Source: Takakia lepidozioides (Eukaryota; Plantae; Bryophyta). From it: a stretch of DNA of 64,000 nt. The notes beneath the pieces were generated by a model. It was not told the origin of the DNA. It saw only the letters and a program-made list of their open reading frames with translations, and did no database searches. Where the stretch lies: the NCBI GenBank assembly GCA_030704615.1, contig CM060734.1, positions 55,490,001-55,554,000 on the forward strand, written 5' to 3'. This document shows, one piece after another, positions 1-13,200 of this stretch (position 1 is the first letter of the stretch; each line of letters begins with the position of its first letter). The position numbers and the translations under genes are program-made.

Positions 1-480
1 GACACCTAAAAAGCCCAAAACACAAGATGTATTAAACTAGAACAAATCCATCTAGAAATAACACTCATATTAGTCCATATGTAGTAAATGACAGCTGATA
101 TTGTCATTTTAAATTGAAATCTAGAGTGTTCTCTAAATTGACCCCCTTACCTCAAAAGAGCAAAGAAATACACCAAAGGCACAATGGCTTATTTTGAGTC
201 CATGTATTTCCATTTGCAGCGGTGATAGTCCATAGTTGTCGTGTTCAAAAGTCCATACTTCTTGGACATTTTATTTGATTGATAATTTGACGGTTGATAT
301 AGGTAGATATTGAAGTTAGGAATCCAACATGGAAAATGTTTCTCAACATTATTGATTCTATTCAAAGCAATTCATGATGACATGCACAACAGTCACTGAA
401 AACTGTGCCGGTGACGCTAATTTTGGTCCACCTTACCTTGCATCTACCCAACAGGCTGTGATGAAGATGGGAAATCAGAG

Positions 481-2500
481 TTAAGTCATCCAGACTTGTA
501 TAGGGCACAACACGTTTGGTTTCCCCCTTGTGAAAGCATCACGATTAACATTATCTTTGCCACGTTTATAAGAGATCTTAAAGTCATAGGCCTGCAATAT
601 CAGAGCCCATTTTGCCAATCGCCCAGTGAGTTCTCTAGGGGTCATCAAAGCTTTTAAAGGCAGAAGATCCGTTTCAATGACAAAGGAACAATCATGCAAA
701 TACTGGCGAAGGCATTTGACACCAAACACAACAGTCAGTCCTTCCTTGTCTGTAATCGAATAATTGCATTCATGTTTATCTAACCGCGAGAAGCATAGGC
801 TATAGCATGTTCAAGCCCATCATGAACTTGACTAAGTACAACAGAGATTGCAAGATCGTTTGCATCAGTTTGCAAAAGGATGGTTTGGTAAAATTAGGGT
901 AGACCAGGATAGGAGCAGAGGTCAAGGCAATTTTTAACTTTTCAAAAGCAAAGTTCTCAGCCTTACCCCATGCAAAGTGTATGTCTTTGGATAACAATGT
1001 GGTCAAATGAGTAGCAATCTTGGCAAATTGAAAGATAAAGCGGCGGTAATAGGAGCCCAAACCAAGGAAAGCCTTGACACAATGCTTGTCTTTAGGGATG
1101 GGGTAGTCCCATACTGCTTGAATTTGATGCCGATAGTAGATAGGAGGCGCCCAAGAAAATGTAGCTGCTCCATGCAAAAATCGCATTTTTTAGCTTTAAC
1201 TTTAGGGCCTGCAGCTCTGAGTCTGCACACCACTTTGCAAAGTCCAATAAGTGAGCTGCGAAGGTAGTGGAATAAACGTTTATGTCATCAATATAAACCA
1301 ACGCACATTCCCATCGGAGGTTACCCAACACCACATCCATCAGTCTTTGAAAAGTAGCAGTGGCATTACACAGTCCAAATGGCATGGTCTCAAACTGGTA
1401 CATGCCCATTCGACAGGTGAAAGTTGTCTTCTCCTTGGCAGCAGCAGTCAGAGGCATCTGCCAACACCTTGTTGCGAGATCCAACGAATAGAAGATGGTA
1501 GCCCTATTGAGCTGATCTAATGTTTCATTAATATGAGGCAAAAGGATAGACATCCCGCTTTGTGATGGCATTTAGGTGACGAAAATCAACACAAAATCAA
1601 GTGGAACCATCCTTTTTCCCAACTAAGACTATTGGACTAGCCCAGGGGGAGATAGAGGGGTGATCACACATGCGTCAAGTAGAACGATCTCAGTTTGGAT
1701 AACCTGGCGTTCACGAACACTCTCACGGTATGCATACTGATTGATGGGTTTGCCATCAGTGACAATATCGTGCTGGAGAATATCCGTTTTGCCCAAGTCA
1801 TGGGGGCCTTGGCTAAACACATCCAAATTGTTGCGAATGAAAGCATGAAGATCAATTTTTTGGGTAGGGGTCAGATGATCACCTACCTTAATGTCCGTGA
1901 GGATCTATTGGAAGTGAGTTTCCTGGGCAGGAGTGGTGGGGCCTTTATGAGCAGCAAACATTTGTAATTGATCGACTGAGAGACAAAGCACTCTGGACTG
2001 AGGCTATTTCGGAGATAGGGACTGCAGTGAGCTTCCCCGCCCAAGCTCCATGCAAAGCACGTTCAACTTTTTGCTTCTACTCTCGATTCTGGGCTGGCGT
2101 TCTCGTCTCTTTGGCCGCCTCTTCTGCCGCTTCAGCCTCAAACTTAGCAACCCAAAAGTCAGATGGTGTATCTAGTTCATCTCCTCACACGCCCAGGGCT
2201 CATTATCATCAAATGTAGTGTATCTACAGATATCCTCACTCAAACGAACTCGCAAATCATGCAAAAACGTAAGCTCAAAGTTGATGTCTGGGGTGACCTC
2301 AGGGATGATTTGCTCAAAGTTAGAAGAGAATGCCATGGCGAACAGCAGGAAGGATGGACACCAGACTGCACAAGTTAGAAACAAAAACTCAAAAACGAAG
2401 AACGAGACCACTTTGCCCACTAACTCCTTGCAACACAACAGCACCTGTAATGATTAAATCATCCGTCAAGGTAACAGATTAGTGCCCCCCATCTCCACCA
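481..2500 (-). mobile_element. Degenerate Ty3/gypsy retrotransposon internal region (gag remnant, RT, RNase H), integrase not seen
   Basis: Frameshifted ORFs with RT motifs (SLDLATRCWQMPL, MPFGLCNATATFQRLM, ALVYIDDINVYS) at 1092-1571, FLGLGSYYRRFI at 800-1186, and RNase H tail (GRLAKWALILQAYDFKISYKRGK) at 481-729. Confidence 0.9.
2484..2500 (-). promoter_or_regulatory. Probable primer-binding site, tRNA-Ala-like
   Basis: Minus strand TGGTGGAGATGGGGGC just upstream of the gag remnant; resembles the complement of a tRNA-Ala 3' end (...CATCTCCACCA). Confidence 0.55.
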
Positions 2501-2513
2501 AGCTTCCGGGGGC

Positions 2514-3000
2514 CGTAAGGTTATTCCTCTTTATCCCGAGAAATTACCTGCACTGGGGTTGTATGCTCTGTAGAGCAGAGCACGCTAAATAGGGCGGGAT
2601 TTTTTAACAACTTAACACATAGAGACATTTTTCATCCAATCTGAGTACACTGAATCACACACATTCCAATGCAGTTCGTACACCAAGTGAGATCTAAAAT
2701 CCACGACCTCTTGAGGGCCTAAGAGTCAGGTTTAAGTAGAAGTGCCAATCGGCTAATCACGAATATAGGTGTCTGCACTGCCATTGACTGGTCAGATTCG
2801 GACTGTTGGCATCACACATTAGTGGCCATGTAGGATAACCCTCATCTTAAACTAGCTGTTAACTAGAAGACAACCTTAACTTAGTATAGTCTAGCTGTAC
2901 CAGCTCATCCTAGCGTGACAACGTCGTGGTACATCTAGCTTCATCCACATTCCGTTCATCCAAGCCCAAAAACCAGATGGTGAGGAATCCAGCCGTCACA
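2514..3000 (-). repeat. Probable 5' LTR of the first gypsy element
   Basis: Non-coding block upstream of the PBS starting TGTGAC on the minus strand at 3000 (alternative start TGTCAC at 2920); no second copy in the window. Confidence 0.4.
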
Positions 3001-3349
3001 AGGGCTTGCGTGAATTCCTTGCATTTGTTTATGTAATATATTTGTAGTTTGTTTTGTTTTGTTTTTCAAGAAAAGGGGAGGAAGCCCCTTAGAGTTTTAT
3101 TGAAGGGAGAAAAATTGCAGGATGCCATGAGGCCTAGACACACGAAGTGACGGATAATCCAATGATCAGCAGTGAGGAAACAGTGAACCGCAAGTGAGAA
3201 TAGGTACTCTAGAAGCATGCAATGATCTCGTACTGGGTTTGGGACAAAGTCATATAGCAGATTTGGAAGGATCATTTTTGCATTTTTTGTATTGGGCATG
3301 TTAGTATAACACCAACTGGTGTTGTAGAGCACATATTGTATCATCTTGA

Positions 3350-6300
3350 CCATCAGTCTGTTGATGACGAGATGTAGAGAGATTGATCTTAGTATCCAAT
3401 ATGTGAAATAATCCCCTCCAGAAATTTGATATGAACTGTGGTCCTCGATCAGATACGATGTCATTTGGGAGTCCATGAATGCGGTAGATATTATTGAGGA
3501 AGAGCCTTGCAGTTTTCTCACCGGTAACAGTCTTATTACATAGAATAAAATGTGTCATCTTCGTAAAATGATCTACAATAACAAGGATTGAATCGGTGGT
3601 CTTGGAAATTGGAAGGTTCGTAATAAAGTCCATAGACACGGACGACCATTGACTTCGATTGGTAGAGGTGGTACGAAGACTCTTCCTGGAATATGGATGA
3701 TACAACTCCAATAATGAAACATGAAAGACTGGATGGATGCGTATACTTCGTGGGAGTTCAAGCCGAAAATTGACCGGATTTATTTGTCGCGTTGATAATC
3801 CAACTTCTTTGATGGTCGCGAGGTTTGTATGTCTCGTCGAAAAAGCCACACATGATCTCCGACCTTGAACTTGTATTGTTTTTTAGCTTCTGCGAGGTGA
3901 GATGTAAGCTCCTCGTGAATCGTAGTTAGATGAGTAGCAAGGTTTTCTGCAGCAGGGCTTCCAACAGTTTTCATGTGGAAAGGGTTTGCTCGAGGATGAT
4001 GACCATAATTGGAGAAAAATGGAGTCTGTTTGGTCGAAGAATGTATAGTGTTGTTGTAGGTAAACTCAGCCAATGACAGAAGGTCCCTCCAATTATCTTG
4101 GTGATAATTTATCATACAGCGAAGATACTGCTCCAAAATCTGGTTTACACGTTCGATTTGACCATCAGTCTATGGTTGATTAGCTGTAGAGAGGTTGATC
4201 CTAATATCCAATATGTGAAATAATCCCCTCCAGAAATTTGATATAAACTGTGGTCCTCGATCAGATACGATGTCCTTTGGGAGTCCATGAATGCGGTAGA
4301 TATTATTGAGGAAGAGTCTCGCAGTTTCCTTGCCGGTAACCGTTTTATTACATGGAATGAAATATGTCATCGTCCTAAAACGATCTACAATAACAAGGAT
4401 TGAATCGTTGGTCTTGGAAATTGGAAGGTCTGTAATAAAGTCCATAGACACGGACGACCATGGACCCTCGGGAATGGGTAATGATTGAAGAAGGTCGTAA
4501 GGTCGATGTCGTGGTCCATTCGCTCTAGCACACGTGTCACAAGATTTTATGAATTCTTTCACGAGTTTCCACATCTGCGGCTACCAATAGTCCCTGGATA
4601 TCAACTCCAATGTTTTGTTGAAGCGAAATATCCTGCAGCCGGAAGATCATGACATGTTTGAAGAATTCGAAGTCGTGTAGGTCCTGGAGGTACATAGAGA
4701 AATCCCTTGAAGTAAAGTAAGTCATCTTTGAATTCGAAGTCGTTTGTAACATGTGGGTTGTCTCGAGGTTGATTTAGTTGACTTCGTAGTGTCGTAGCAA
4801 AATGGTCGCTCTTCAGTGCTTCTTGAATCTCCTTTATAATCTCTGCATCGTCATAGGTGGACATGGATAGCATATTCAATTGGAGATTTGCTGGTTTCAA
4901 GATAATGGATTTTTGTTGGTAAAAAACAACATCCCCTTCTTTTGGCGCAAGATACGATCGTCGAGAAAGAGCATCTGGTTTTCCTTGAAGATCTCCGGGA
5001 CGCTAAGTAATAATAAAATCAAACCTTGCTAGTGACATACTCCATCTCGTTTGACGTCGATTCAAAACACGAGCACTCATAAAATATTCGAGGTTTTTGT
5101 GATTGGTATAGACAGTGACCTGATGTTTAGTTCCCTCCAATAGTTGTCACCACTCCTCAAAATCATCGATAATCGCTAGAAGTTCTTGTCATGGATTTCA
5201 TAATTGATCTCCGCAGCGGAAAATTTGCGAGAACGAAAACCAACAGGGTAGAGTCGGCCATCTGTACTGTATTGCGAGAGTACCGCGCCAAGTGCAAAGT
5301 CCGATGCAACTGCTTCTAAGAAGAATGGTTTAGATGGGTCTGCATGTACCAATATTGGAGCCGTTATAAATGTCTGCTTCAGCCTTTCAAATGCCTGGTC
5401 AGCCTTTTCGTCCCATACAAATTTGTTCTTCCATGTGAGTCGTGTCAACGGTGCAGCAATTTTGGAGTAGTCATTGATGAAGATTCTATAGAAATTTGCA
5501 AAGCCCAGAAAACATTGTACATCTCGGACCGAAGTTGGTTTAATCCACTTGATGATGGTTTGTATTTTCTTCTGATCCATAAAGACGCCTTTGTCGGAAA
5601 TAATATAGCCCATAAATTCGACCTCAGATTGATGGAAAAGACATTTCTCCAACTTGGCATATACTCCTCTTTATCTTAATTTATCAATGACAAGGCGTAC
5701 ATGGCGGCCATGTTCTTCTTCATTCTGTGAAAATATCAAAATGTCGTCCAAATAGATGACTACAAAGTCATCTAAAAATTCTCGAAAGATGTCATTCATC
5801 ATATGTTGGAAAATTGTTGGAGCATTAGTAAGACCGAAAGGCATAACACTGTATTCAAAATGTCCATACCTTGTTCGAAAAGTTGTTTTTCATTCGTCTC
5901 ATTCTTTTATCCGTACAAGGTTATAGGCTTCTCTCAAGTCGATTTTGGTGAAAATCTTCGCTCGTCCCAGCTGGTCGAGAAACCCAGAAATCAGTGGCAA
6001 CGGATAACGATTCTTGATTGTGACTTTGTTGAGACCGCGATAGTCGACACACATACGTAATGATCTGTCCTTCTTTTTCACAAACAAGATAGGCGCCCCC
6101 GCGGGTGATTTTGAATGTCGGATGAACTGTTTCGACAAATTTTCATCAATGTATTCACGTAATGCAGCCAACTCCGTCTGGGATAAGTTATAGATTGGGC
6201 CGAATGGTGGTTGGGCTCCTTCTTGTAACTCAATTGCACAGTCATAAGGTCGATGTTCTGGCAACATGTCTGCATTTTTCTTTTCGAAGACATCTTTGAA

Positions 6301-7467
6301 ATCTTGATATTGAGCGGGTAATGTTGAAATACCTTTGTCTGTTGTGGTCTTGATCGGAGTCGCATAAAGTGCAAATGTCGCCTCCTTTTTGGTAGCTCTC
6401 AGGAAAGCTCTAGCTCCAAAGAATAGGGGTTGAATATCTTTGATATTTCTACATTTTTGTCTTGCAGAAATTTTTCGCGATCGCCAGTCGATCTCGAGAT
6501 TGTGAAGTACGAACCAAGGAAGAGCCTGGATGACATTGAAAACAATATGTGATGCTTGATCTTTAAGCTTCACTTCAAGTGGTCGAGTTTCATGGTCCAC
6601 ATTTCCTGATGTTAACGGTCGTCCATCGATGACTTCAATGGGGGCCGAGAGTTTCTTCTTTACGAGCGTTAAATTGTGTTGCTTCGCAAAGTTTTTGTCC
6701 ATGAAACAAGCTGAAGCTCCTGAGTCCAAAAGTGCTTCTACAACGATATCTTGATTTTGCACTCTGATTTTTACCGGAACTGTGAAGCAAGGTGCAGGGT
6801 CTGGAGGTAGAAAGAGACATTTTTTCGGTAAGGAATTTGTGGTGTCCAGCCGCATGGTCTCTACTGTGACTGGACATCGTCGTTTTCCGACCTCCTCATA
6901 TCGAACACTTGAGTTGTGCCCCGCGCTTTGAATCTTCTCTTGTTGGGGCAGTTTAATGTTATATGATCTTCTTCTCCACAATAGAGGCATAATCCATTTG
7001 AGCGCCGTGTTTGTTTTTCTTGTGGCGTCAATGGTTTGAATCGGACAGCATCAATCTGCATATGATCATTACTGGATGTCTGATGGATCGTTGTATTTGG
7101 TGTCGTAGTAGCAGTGACATGATGCGTCGTCGACCATCCAGATTGCTTCTCTTGACGTCTTTCGAACAAACGATTATCGCATGCAATGACTTGGGTGATG
7201 AATTCACTCAGCGTGCTCACGTTTGGCATTATCAGCAACAAATCTTTTACATCATCTTTTAGTCCACATCGAAACTAACTAATGAGACTCTTCTCGTTCC
7301 AGTCGAGGTCGCACGCAAGTTGCCGAAATTCGGCAGCATAAACGGAAGCAGGACGTGCTCCTTGTCGAAGATTTCGCATCTTTGTTTCTGCAACTCTCTA
7401 TCTATCATTCTCTCCAAACGTTGCAGTGAACTCGGACATGAATGCTTCAAAATTATATAGTAAATGC
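3350..7467 (-). mobile_element. Tcn1/Tf-like chromovirus (Ty3/gypsy), 3' part: gag C-half, protease, RT, RNase H, integrase; chromodomain and 3' LTR lost
   Basis: Zn knuckle [14 protein letters not shown], protease [12 protein letters not shown] ([24 protein letters not shown]), RNase H (ASDFALGAVL), integrase (SMDFITDLP, IVSDRGPQF, QTDGQ, HPVFHVSLLE); many frameshifts. Confidence 0.95.
6843..6888 (-). promoter_or_regulatory. -1 ribosomal frameshift signal at the gag-pol junction
   Basis: G GAA AAC (6888-6882) in the gag frame, 5-nt spacer, then stem TGTCCAGTC / GGCTGGACA; pol ORF 5899-6990 is in the -1 frame relative to gag 6861-7241. Confidence 0.8.
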
Positions 7468-7694
7468 TATAGTTGCAAATTTGGATGTGACGTGGCGTTG
7501 ACGCATCAGCGTCACGTCCGACGTCAGCGACGGACGTGCGTCACGTCACGTCCTAAACCGACGTTACTGTACATAAATATGTTTATTTTTTTACTTTACT
7601 ATTGACTATTTACTATGAGAACCGACGTGGCAACCGATGTGGACTTCATTAATTATCTGTAAAATTCATGTATTATTATTTATATTGTCAATCA

Positions 7695-8220
7695 TGCGAC
7701 CGTCAGTAAAGATTGGTCGGACAAATTTTTATTTTTAAAAAATAGGTGCGACCACCAGAAGGGGGTGGTCGCATATTTTTTCTTATTTTTTAAATAGGTG
7801 CGACCACTAGCAGGTGGTGGTCGCAGCATTTTCATTTTTTTTTAATAGGTGCGACCACAAGCAGAGGGTGGTCGCACATTTTTTCTTTTTTTAAAATTGG
7901 GTGCGACCACCAGCAGGTGTTGGTCGCAATTTTAAAAAAATATATATATATGTGCGACCACGAGCAGGTGGTGGTCGCAACTTTTTCATTTTTTTTAAAT
8001 AGGTGCGACCACCAGTAGAGGATGGTCGCACATTTTTAATTATTTTTTAAATGGGTGCGACCACCAGCAGGGGATGGTCGCACATTTTTAATTATTTTTT
8101 AAATGGGTGCGACCACCAGCAAGGGATGGTCACACATTTTTAATTTTTTTTAAATGGGTGCGACCACCAGCCGGTGGTGGTTGCAGATTTTTTCTTTTTT
8201 GTTATTAGGTGCGACCGCTC
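7695..8220 (+). repeat. Subterminal array of about 10 palindromic units, ~51-52 bp period
   Basis: Unit GGTGCGACCACCAGCAGGTGGTGGTCGCA plus an A/T-tract spacer at ~7745, 7797, 7848, 7900, 7951, 8002, 8054, 8106, 8157, partial 8208. Confidence 0.95.
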
Positions 8221-8285
8221 CCTGGACACGTGACGAGGCGTGAATGGACAGCAGAGGCGGTCGCACGTCAGACCTCTCCAGGCAA

Positions 8286-8292
8286 TATATAA
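8286..8292 (+). promoter_or_regulatory. TATA box upstream of the transposon-borne kinase gene
   Basis: TATATAA right after the array and a CACGTG G-box, followed by a pyrimidine-rich leader; ATG at 8587. Confidence 0.55.
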
Positions 8293-8586
8293 GGGCCTAC
8301 CCCTCATTCCCAACCCAATTTTTTCCCTCTCTGTGAGTGCGGTTCTGGGCTCTTGGAGTTTGAACTTCGGTGGCCAAGACTGAGCGTGGGGGGGGGGGGG
8401 TGGAGAAAGTGGATTTGTGTGGGGGAGGAGTTTTTGCATTTTTTTCCTGGGACTGCGGGAGGGTTTGCTTTGGGTACTATACCAATAGAGGATGAGGAAA
8501 TTGGTCTGCTAGTATATAAGGTTATCAATAGTTTGGGTTTAGTTTTCCGTTATGAAGCCGCGTCTATTCCACAGAGTACTTTCATC

Positions 8587-9990
8587 ATGTCCGGAAACAT
8601 TGCTTCGAACGCAGTGTCAGGGGGTTCCTCGGGAAGTGGGCGTAAAGGTAGGAAGAACATGCACATGAACGGGATAGTCAGGTCAACAAAAAAAACTATC
8701 CAAGCGCAGAGGCCGCGAAGGTAGTGAAGCAAGTAGTGCTGGATTATTTGAAGGACAATGACATAATGCGTTTGAATCTTTTGTATGTCTGACATGGGAA
8801 TGAGGGGTTCCTTAGATTCAAGCATAATATGGAGATGAGAATGAGGGAGGCTTTGGCCGGGGATGAATGGGAGGAGGACATGGCGAAGTTCCAGTTCACG
8901 AAATGGATGGAGGATCGGGCCCATGATGCCACATGGAATCTGAGGCAAACCATGGACAAGTTTGTTACGATAACACTTGTAGCTAAAGGTCGCATGCCAA
9001 CTTCGGAGGAGGAGTTGTTTGTGCTTGTGGATTGGTGGTATGACATGGCAAAGGCCCACGCCAAATGACGTACAAAACCACTCTCATGGAAGGCAGGGTC
9101 CTCGTCCGCGGATGCGGCATTGAACGTGAGATACAAACGCACATGTACAACAACTCGACGCGCCCAAACAGGGAGGGTATGGTACAATTCGGAGGGTTAG
9201 AATTGTTGGGGATCAATTCATTCCTCCATCTTGGGAGCTAGCAGGGAAAACGCCCAGGGAAACAAATGCTGAACTTGCCAAAGTCCAACATAACAATGAG
9301 GCGTTGGCTGTAAAGTTTCATCATTTCGGCATCATAAAGTATTTTGCGTTGCATCCACGTCGAAATGAAGGTTACACACATTGGTAGAATGGGGGGACCA
9401 TACGATCGTGGTTGAGTATTGACAGGAAATGGAGGAATGATCGGGATAACAGGGAATTAATAGAACGACGGGGGACGGAGCAGGAAATGCAGGAGGTCAA
9501 CCGACTGGTTCGATTCCGACAGAATCGCACCTAATTGGCATGGGCGCTTTTGCACATCATGCTCAACGTCCATAATCACCACCTCTTGCACAACGTCTGA
9601 AGATGTGTACATCGGGGTATGCGATTGGGGGATGGCCTCCACGACGGATGACCCAAAAACCACGTTGTACATTTTCGAGAGCAGAGACAAGATGATAAAG
9701 ACTCTCGCACATAGATGGTGGATTGCACCAGAAATTGCAATTGTTCATAATGTAGCCAACAACCAGTCAGATGGCACACCTCGTAGGCCCTCTCTAACCG
9801 TGCCATCAGAGACCTTTGCAATTGAAAAGATAGCCCAGGCAATAAATGGGGGTAACACGTTCGATGCAAGTATGTTCAACGATATGTCTACTGGAACCTG
9901 TTTGCTTCTGCTCTGGAAAACTTGTGTGTAGACACAGTAGAGTTGCGGTACAAACTAGAAAATGTTGTGAAGCGTTTCATGACGGGGCTA
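8587..9990 (+). pseudogene. Intronless protein kinase pseudogene with an unknown N-terminal domain
   Basis: Manual translation from 9169: QGGYGTIRRVRI (G-loop), ELAGK (beta3 Lys), NNEAL (alphaC), HHFGIIKYF, W*NGGTIRSWL, LLHN, then a deletion at 9595, VYIGVCDWGMAS, RWWIAPE, SETFAIEKIA; stops at 9385 and 9532; AATAAA ~10067. Confidence 0.85.
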
Positions 9991-10209
9991 TTCAATTGGC
10001 CTGAGCCCAAAAATTGCTGGAGGATGGATAGAAACTTGTAGACCTCTGACTGTACATCATGTTTGAATAAATGTTGTTTTCAATTGTGTTTGTCTCGTAC
10101 CATAATGTTTTAATGATTTGTTACTTGGCCATGGCACCTGGGTCCATCATATGGGATAATCAAGCACCACACCCACGAATCTTGAAGAGTGACAGTGTAC
10201 ACCGGGTCA

Positions 10210-13200
10210 ATGGGTGAACCAATTGTTCCCCTGCCAAATGATTTTAGATTGATTTGAAACTTTGGGAGTGTGTTGTACATGCCCTCTTTAAGTTACCGGA
10301 CAAGTATGAGGTCAATCTAAAATGGTTCTAAGGGTGAACCAATAGTTCCCCTATTAAATGATTCATGATTGAAAATTGGTTGAAAGGTTTAACGAGTCGT
10401 TCGAACTTCGGGGGGCAAATGATTATTTCTTCGCTTACAACTTTCTGTACGTGATTTGTACGTACTTAAGCACATATGGACCAAAGTTGAACTTTAACAA
10501 AGTTGTTTGAATCGGTTATTCAAATTCATAAGGAGAAACAACCTTTTGCCTGCACATGAATTATTTTTAATTCCATTCTGAAGCCATATGCTCAATAACA
10601 ACATGAAGAGTCGCATGCAAAATATCACAATGAACAGACATCGTCTGCATCCAAAACACATTTTATTCCCTCATTTGCACTCCAAGGTGAAGTTATCTTC
10701 AACTTCATGCACTCTTCATAGAGAGTTCTGCAATAGTGAGCATAGAGCAAAGGATGAACGTTTTTTTCCAAACATTTTTCTTTGGTACATTTTTTGGCAA
10801 GGATGTGGTGGTGTGAGGGTTCAACTCACAGAACAAAATCAAGCCAAAAACAGAATCATTGCGCCCCACACTCATTACGCCCCACAATCCTATGCCTTCT
10901 AAATCATTTTATTTAGTAAAAATGCAGTTCAATTCAAAATTGGATGAAAGGGTGAACGGAAACTTCCCCGATGAAATGATATTTTATTGCTCCGAAATTT
11001 TGCAAGTGTCTTCTATATGCCCTCTTACACGTCTTTGAGAAGTATGACATCAATCTAAAATGGTTTAAAGGGTGAACCAATCGTCCCCCTACCAAATGAT
11101 TTTAAATTGATATGAAACTTTGCAAGTGTCTTGTACATGCCCTCTTACAGGTCTTTCACAAGTTTCAAGTCAATCTAAAATGGTTAAAAGGGTGAATCAA
11201 TCATGAACATATCAAATAATTTTGGAGTGCTTTAAAGCTTTGCAAGTGTCTTTCACATGTCATTTTAAAGGTACCGGACAAGTATGAGGTTAGTAAAATA
11301 TGGTTGAAAGGGTGAACCAATTGTTCCCCTATCAAATGATTTTACATTGCTTTGAAGCTTTGCAAGTGTCAGCCACATGCCCTGCTACAAGTATCGGACA
11401 AGTATGACGTGAATAAAAAATGGTTGAAAGGGTGAACCAATCATTCCGCTATCAAATGATTTTATATTGTTTTGGATGTCATTGCTTTGGTATTTCTAGC
11501 CCCCCAATGGCCCATTGTAACCCTTGAATTACAATTCAAAATGCAATTCAAGCCCTTAAAATTGGTACTGCCAGTCCCTAAAATGACCAACCCCGGCCGC
11601 CCCTCAAATTATAATTTGAGCCCTTGAAATTGTCAATTCCAACCCCTCAAATTGCAACTGTAGCCTGTGAAATGGCAATTGCTAGTGCAGCCCCTGAAAT
11701 TAGCAATTGAAGCCCCTGGAATGGCAGTTTCAGCCCCTCAAATTGCAAGTCCAGCCCCTCAAATTGGCTATGGGTGAACCAATCATTCCCCTGCCAAATG
11801 ATTTTGGATTCATTTGAAACTTTGCGAGTGTCTTGTACATGCCCTCTTAAAGTTACTGGACAAGTATGATGTCAATGTGGGTACATTGAACACACTGGCC
11901 AAGTCTCAAAGCGAACGAAAATCATTTGGATGGGCAACCATCCGTCGACCCATTGAACGAATTTCGGTTGATCTCATATTACTCTGGGGCCTCTTCCATG
12001 GCACATTGAACATACTGGCCAAGTCTCCAAGCGAACCAAAATCATCTGGATGGCCAACCATCCGTTGAGCCATCGAATGAATTTCGATTGATTTGATATT
12101 AGTCCGGGACCTGTGAGAAGGTGTCTCAAACGTACTGGCAAAGTTTGGAAGCAAACAAAAATGATTTGGATGGGCAATCATCCGTTCACCCGTTGAATGT
12201 ATTCCATTGGATCTGCTATTGCTTTGGGACCTGTTGGATTGTGTTTTGCGTGTTCACGATTTTTTTTTCATTCAGTTTTTGAATGGGGCGTGTAATGTAG
12301 CCATATGCAACGTGCGTGCCAAATTTGGGAGTGAACATAATTCATTTGGACCCAAAACCACAGTTTTCTTCCCTGTTTTGCACTCTAAACTTGATTTGTA
12401 TTCAACTTCATGCACTATCTATAGAAAGTTCTACAATAGTGAGCGAAGAGAACACTTTTTTTTTGGGGCATTTTTGATTGGTCCAAATTTTGGCGGGGAA
12501 GTAGTGGTGGGATGTTGGAAGCCGCAGAACAAAATTGAGCCAAAAACAAAATCGATACGTGCCAGAAACCCCCAATGAAAGGCAGTGCAAACCTATTTAT
12601 TGGCTTAAAATTAATTTAAATTTAATTACATTATGGAATGGCTTGGTGTCGATGGGGAGGCAAATGATTTATTCGTCTGTTGTGTCTCCGCACATGTGTC
12701 GCACACATGTTCAAGTACATGTGGGCAAAATAGGGGCTTCAACCACATCCGTTCAAGGGGTGCAATAGCCGTGCACGCATTGCAGGATTTCTTTTTCGCA
12801 ATGAACAAAAACCAGATGACAACTGAACGCCTCATTAGCCCATCGAACGAATTTCAATTGATCTCATATTACACTGGGACCTATCAGATGGTACATTGAA
12901 CACACTGGCCAAGTCTCAAAGCGAACAAAAATCATTTGGATGGGCAACCATCCGTTGGCCCATTGAACGAATTTCTCATATTACTCTGGGGCCTCTTCCA
13001 TGGTACATTGAAGATACTGGCCAAGTCTCAAAGCGAACCAAAATCATTTGGAGGCAAATGATTTATGCATCTGTTCATTTATTTGTGATTAATCGTTAAT
13101 GGTGAAAAGGATAAACCAAAGGTTCATTGATAAAAAAAAATTTGAATGATTTGAAATTTTGCCAGTATGTTCTACATGCCTCTTACATGGACCGGAGAAG

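Noticed and set aside
7695-8220. CRISPR array
   Set aside because: Spacers are ~20-bp A/T tracts similar to each other, repeats vary internally, there are no cas genes, the context is eukaryotic, and the array sits at both transposon ends
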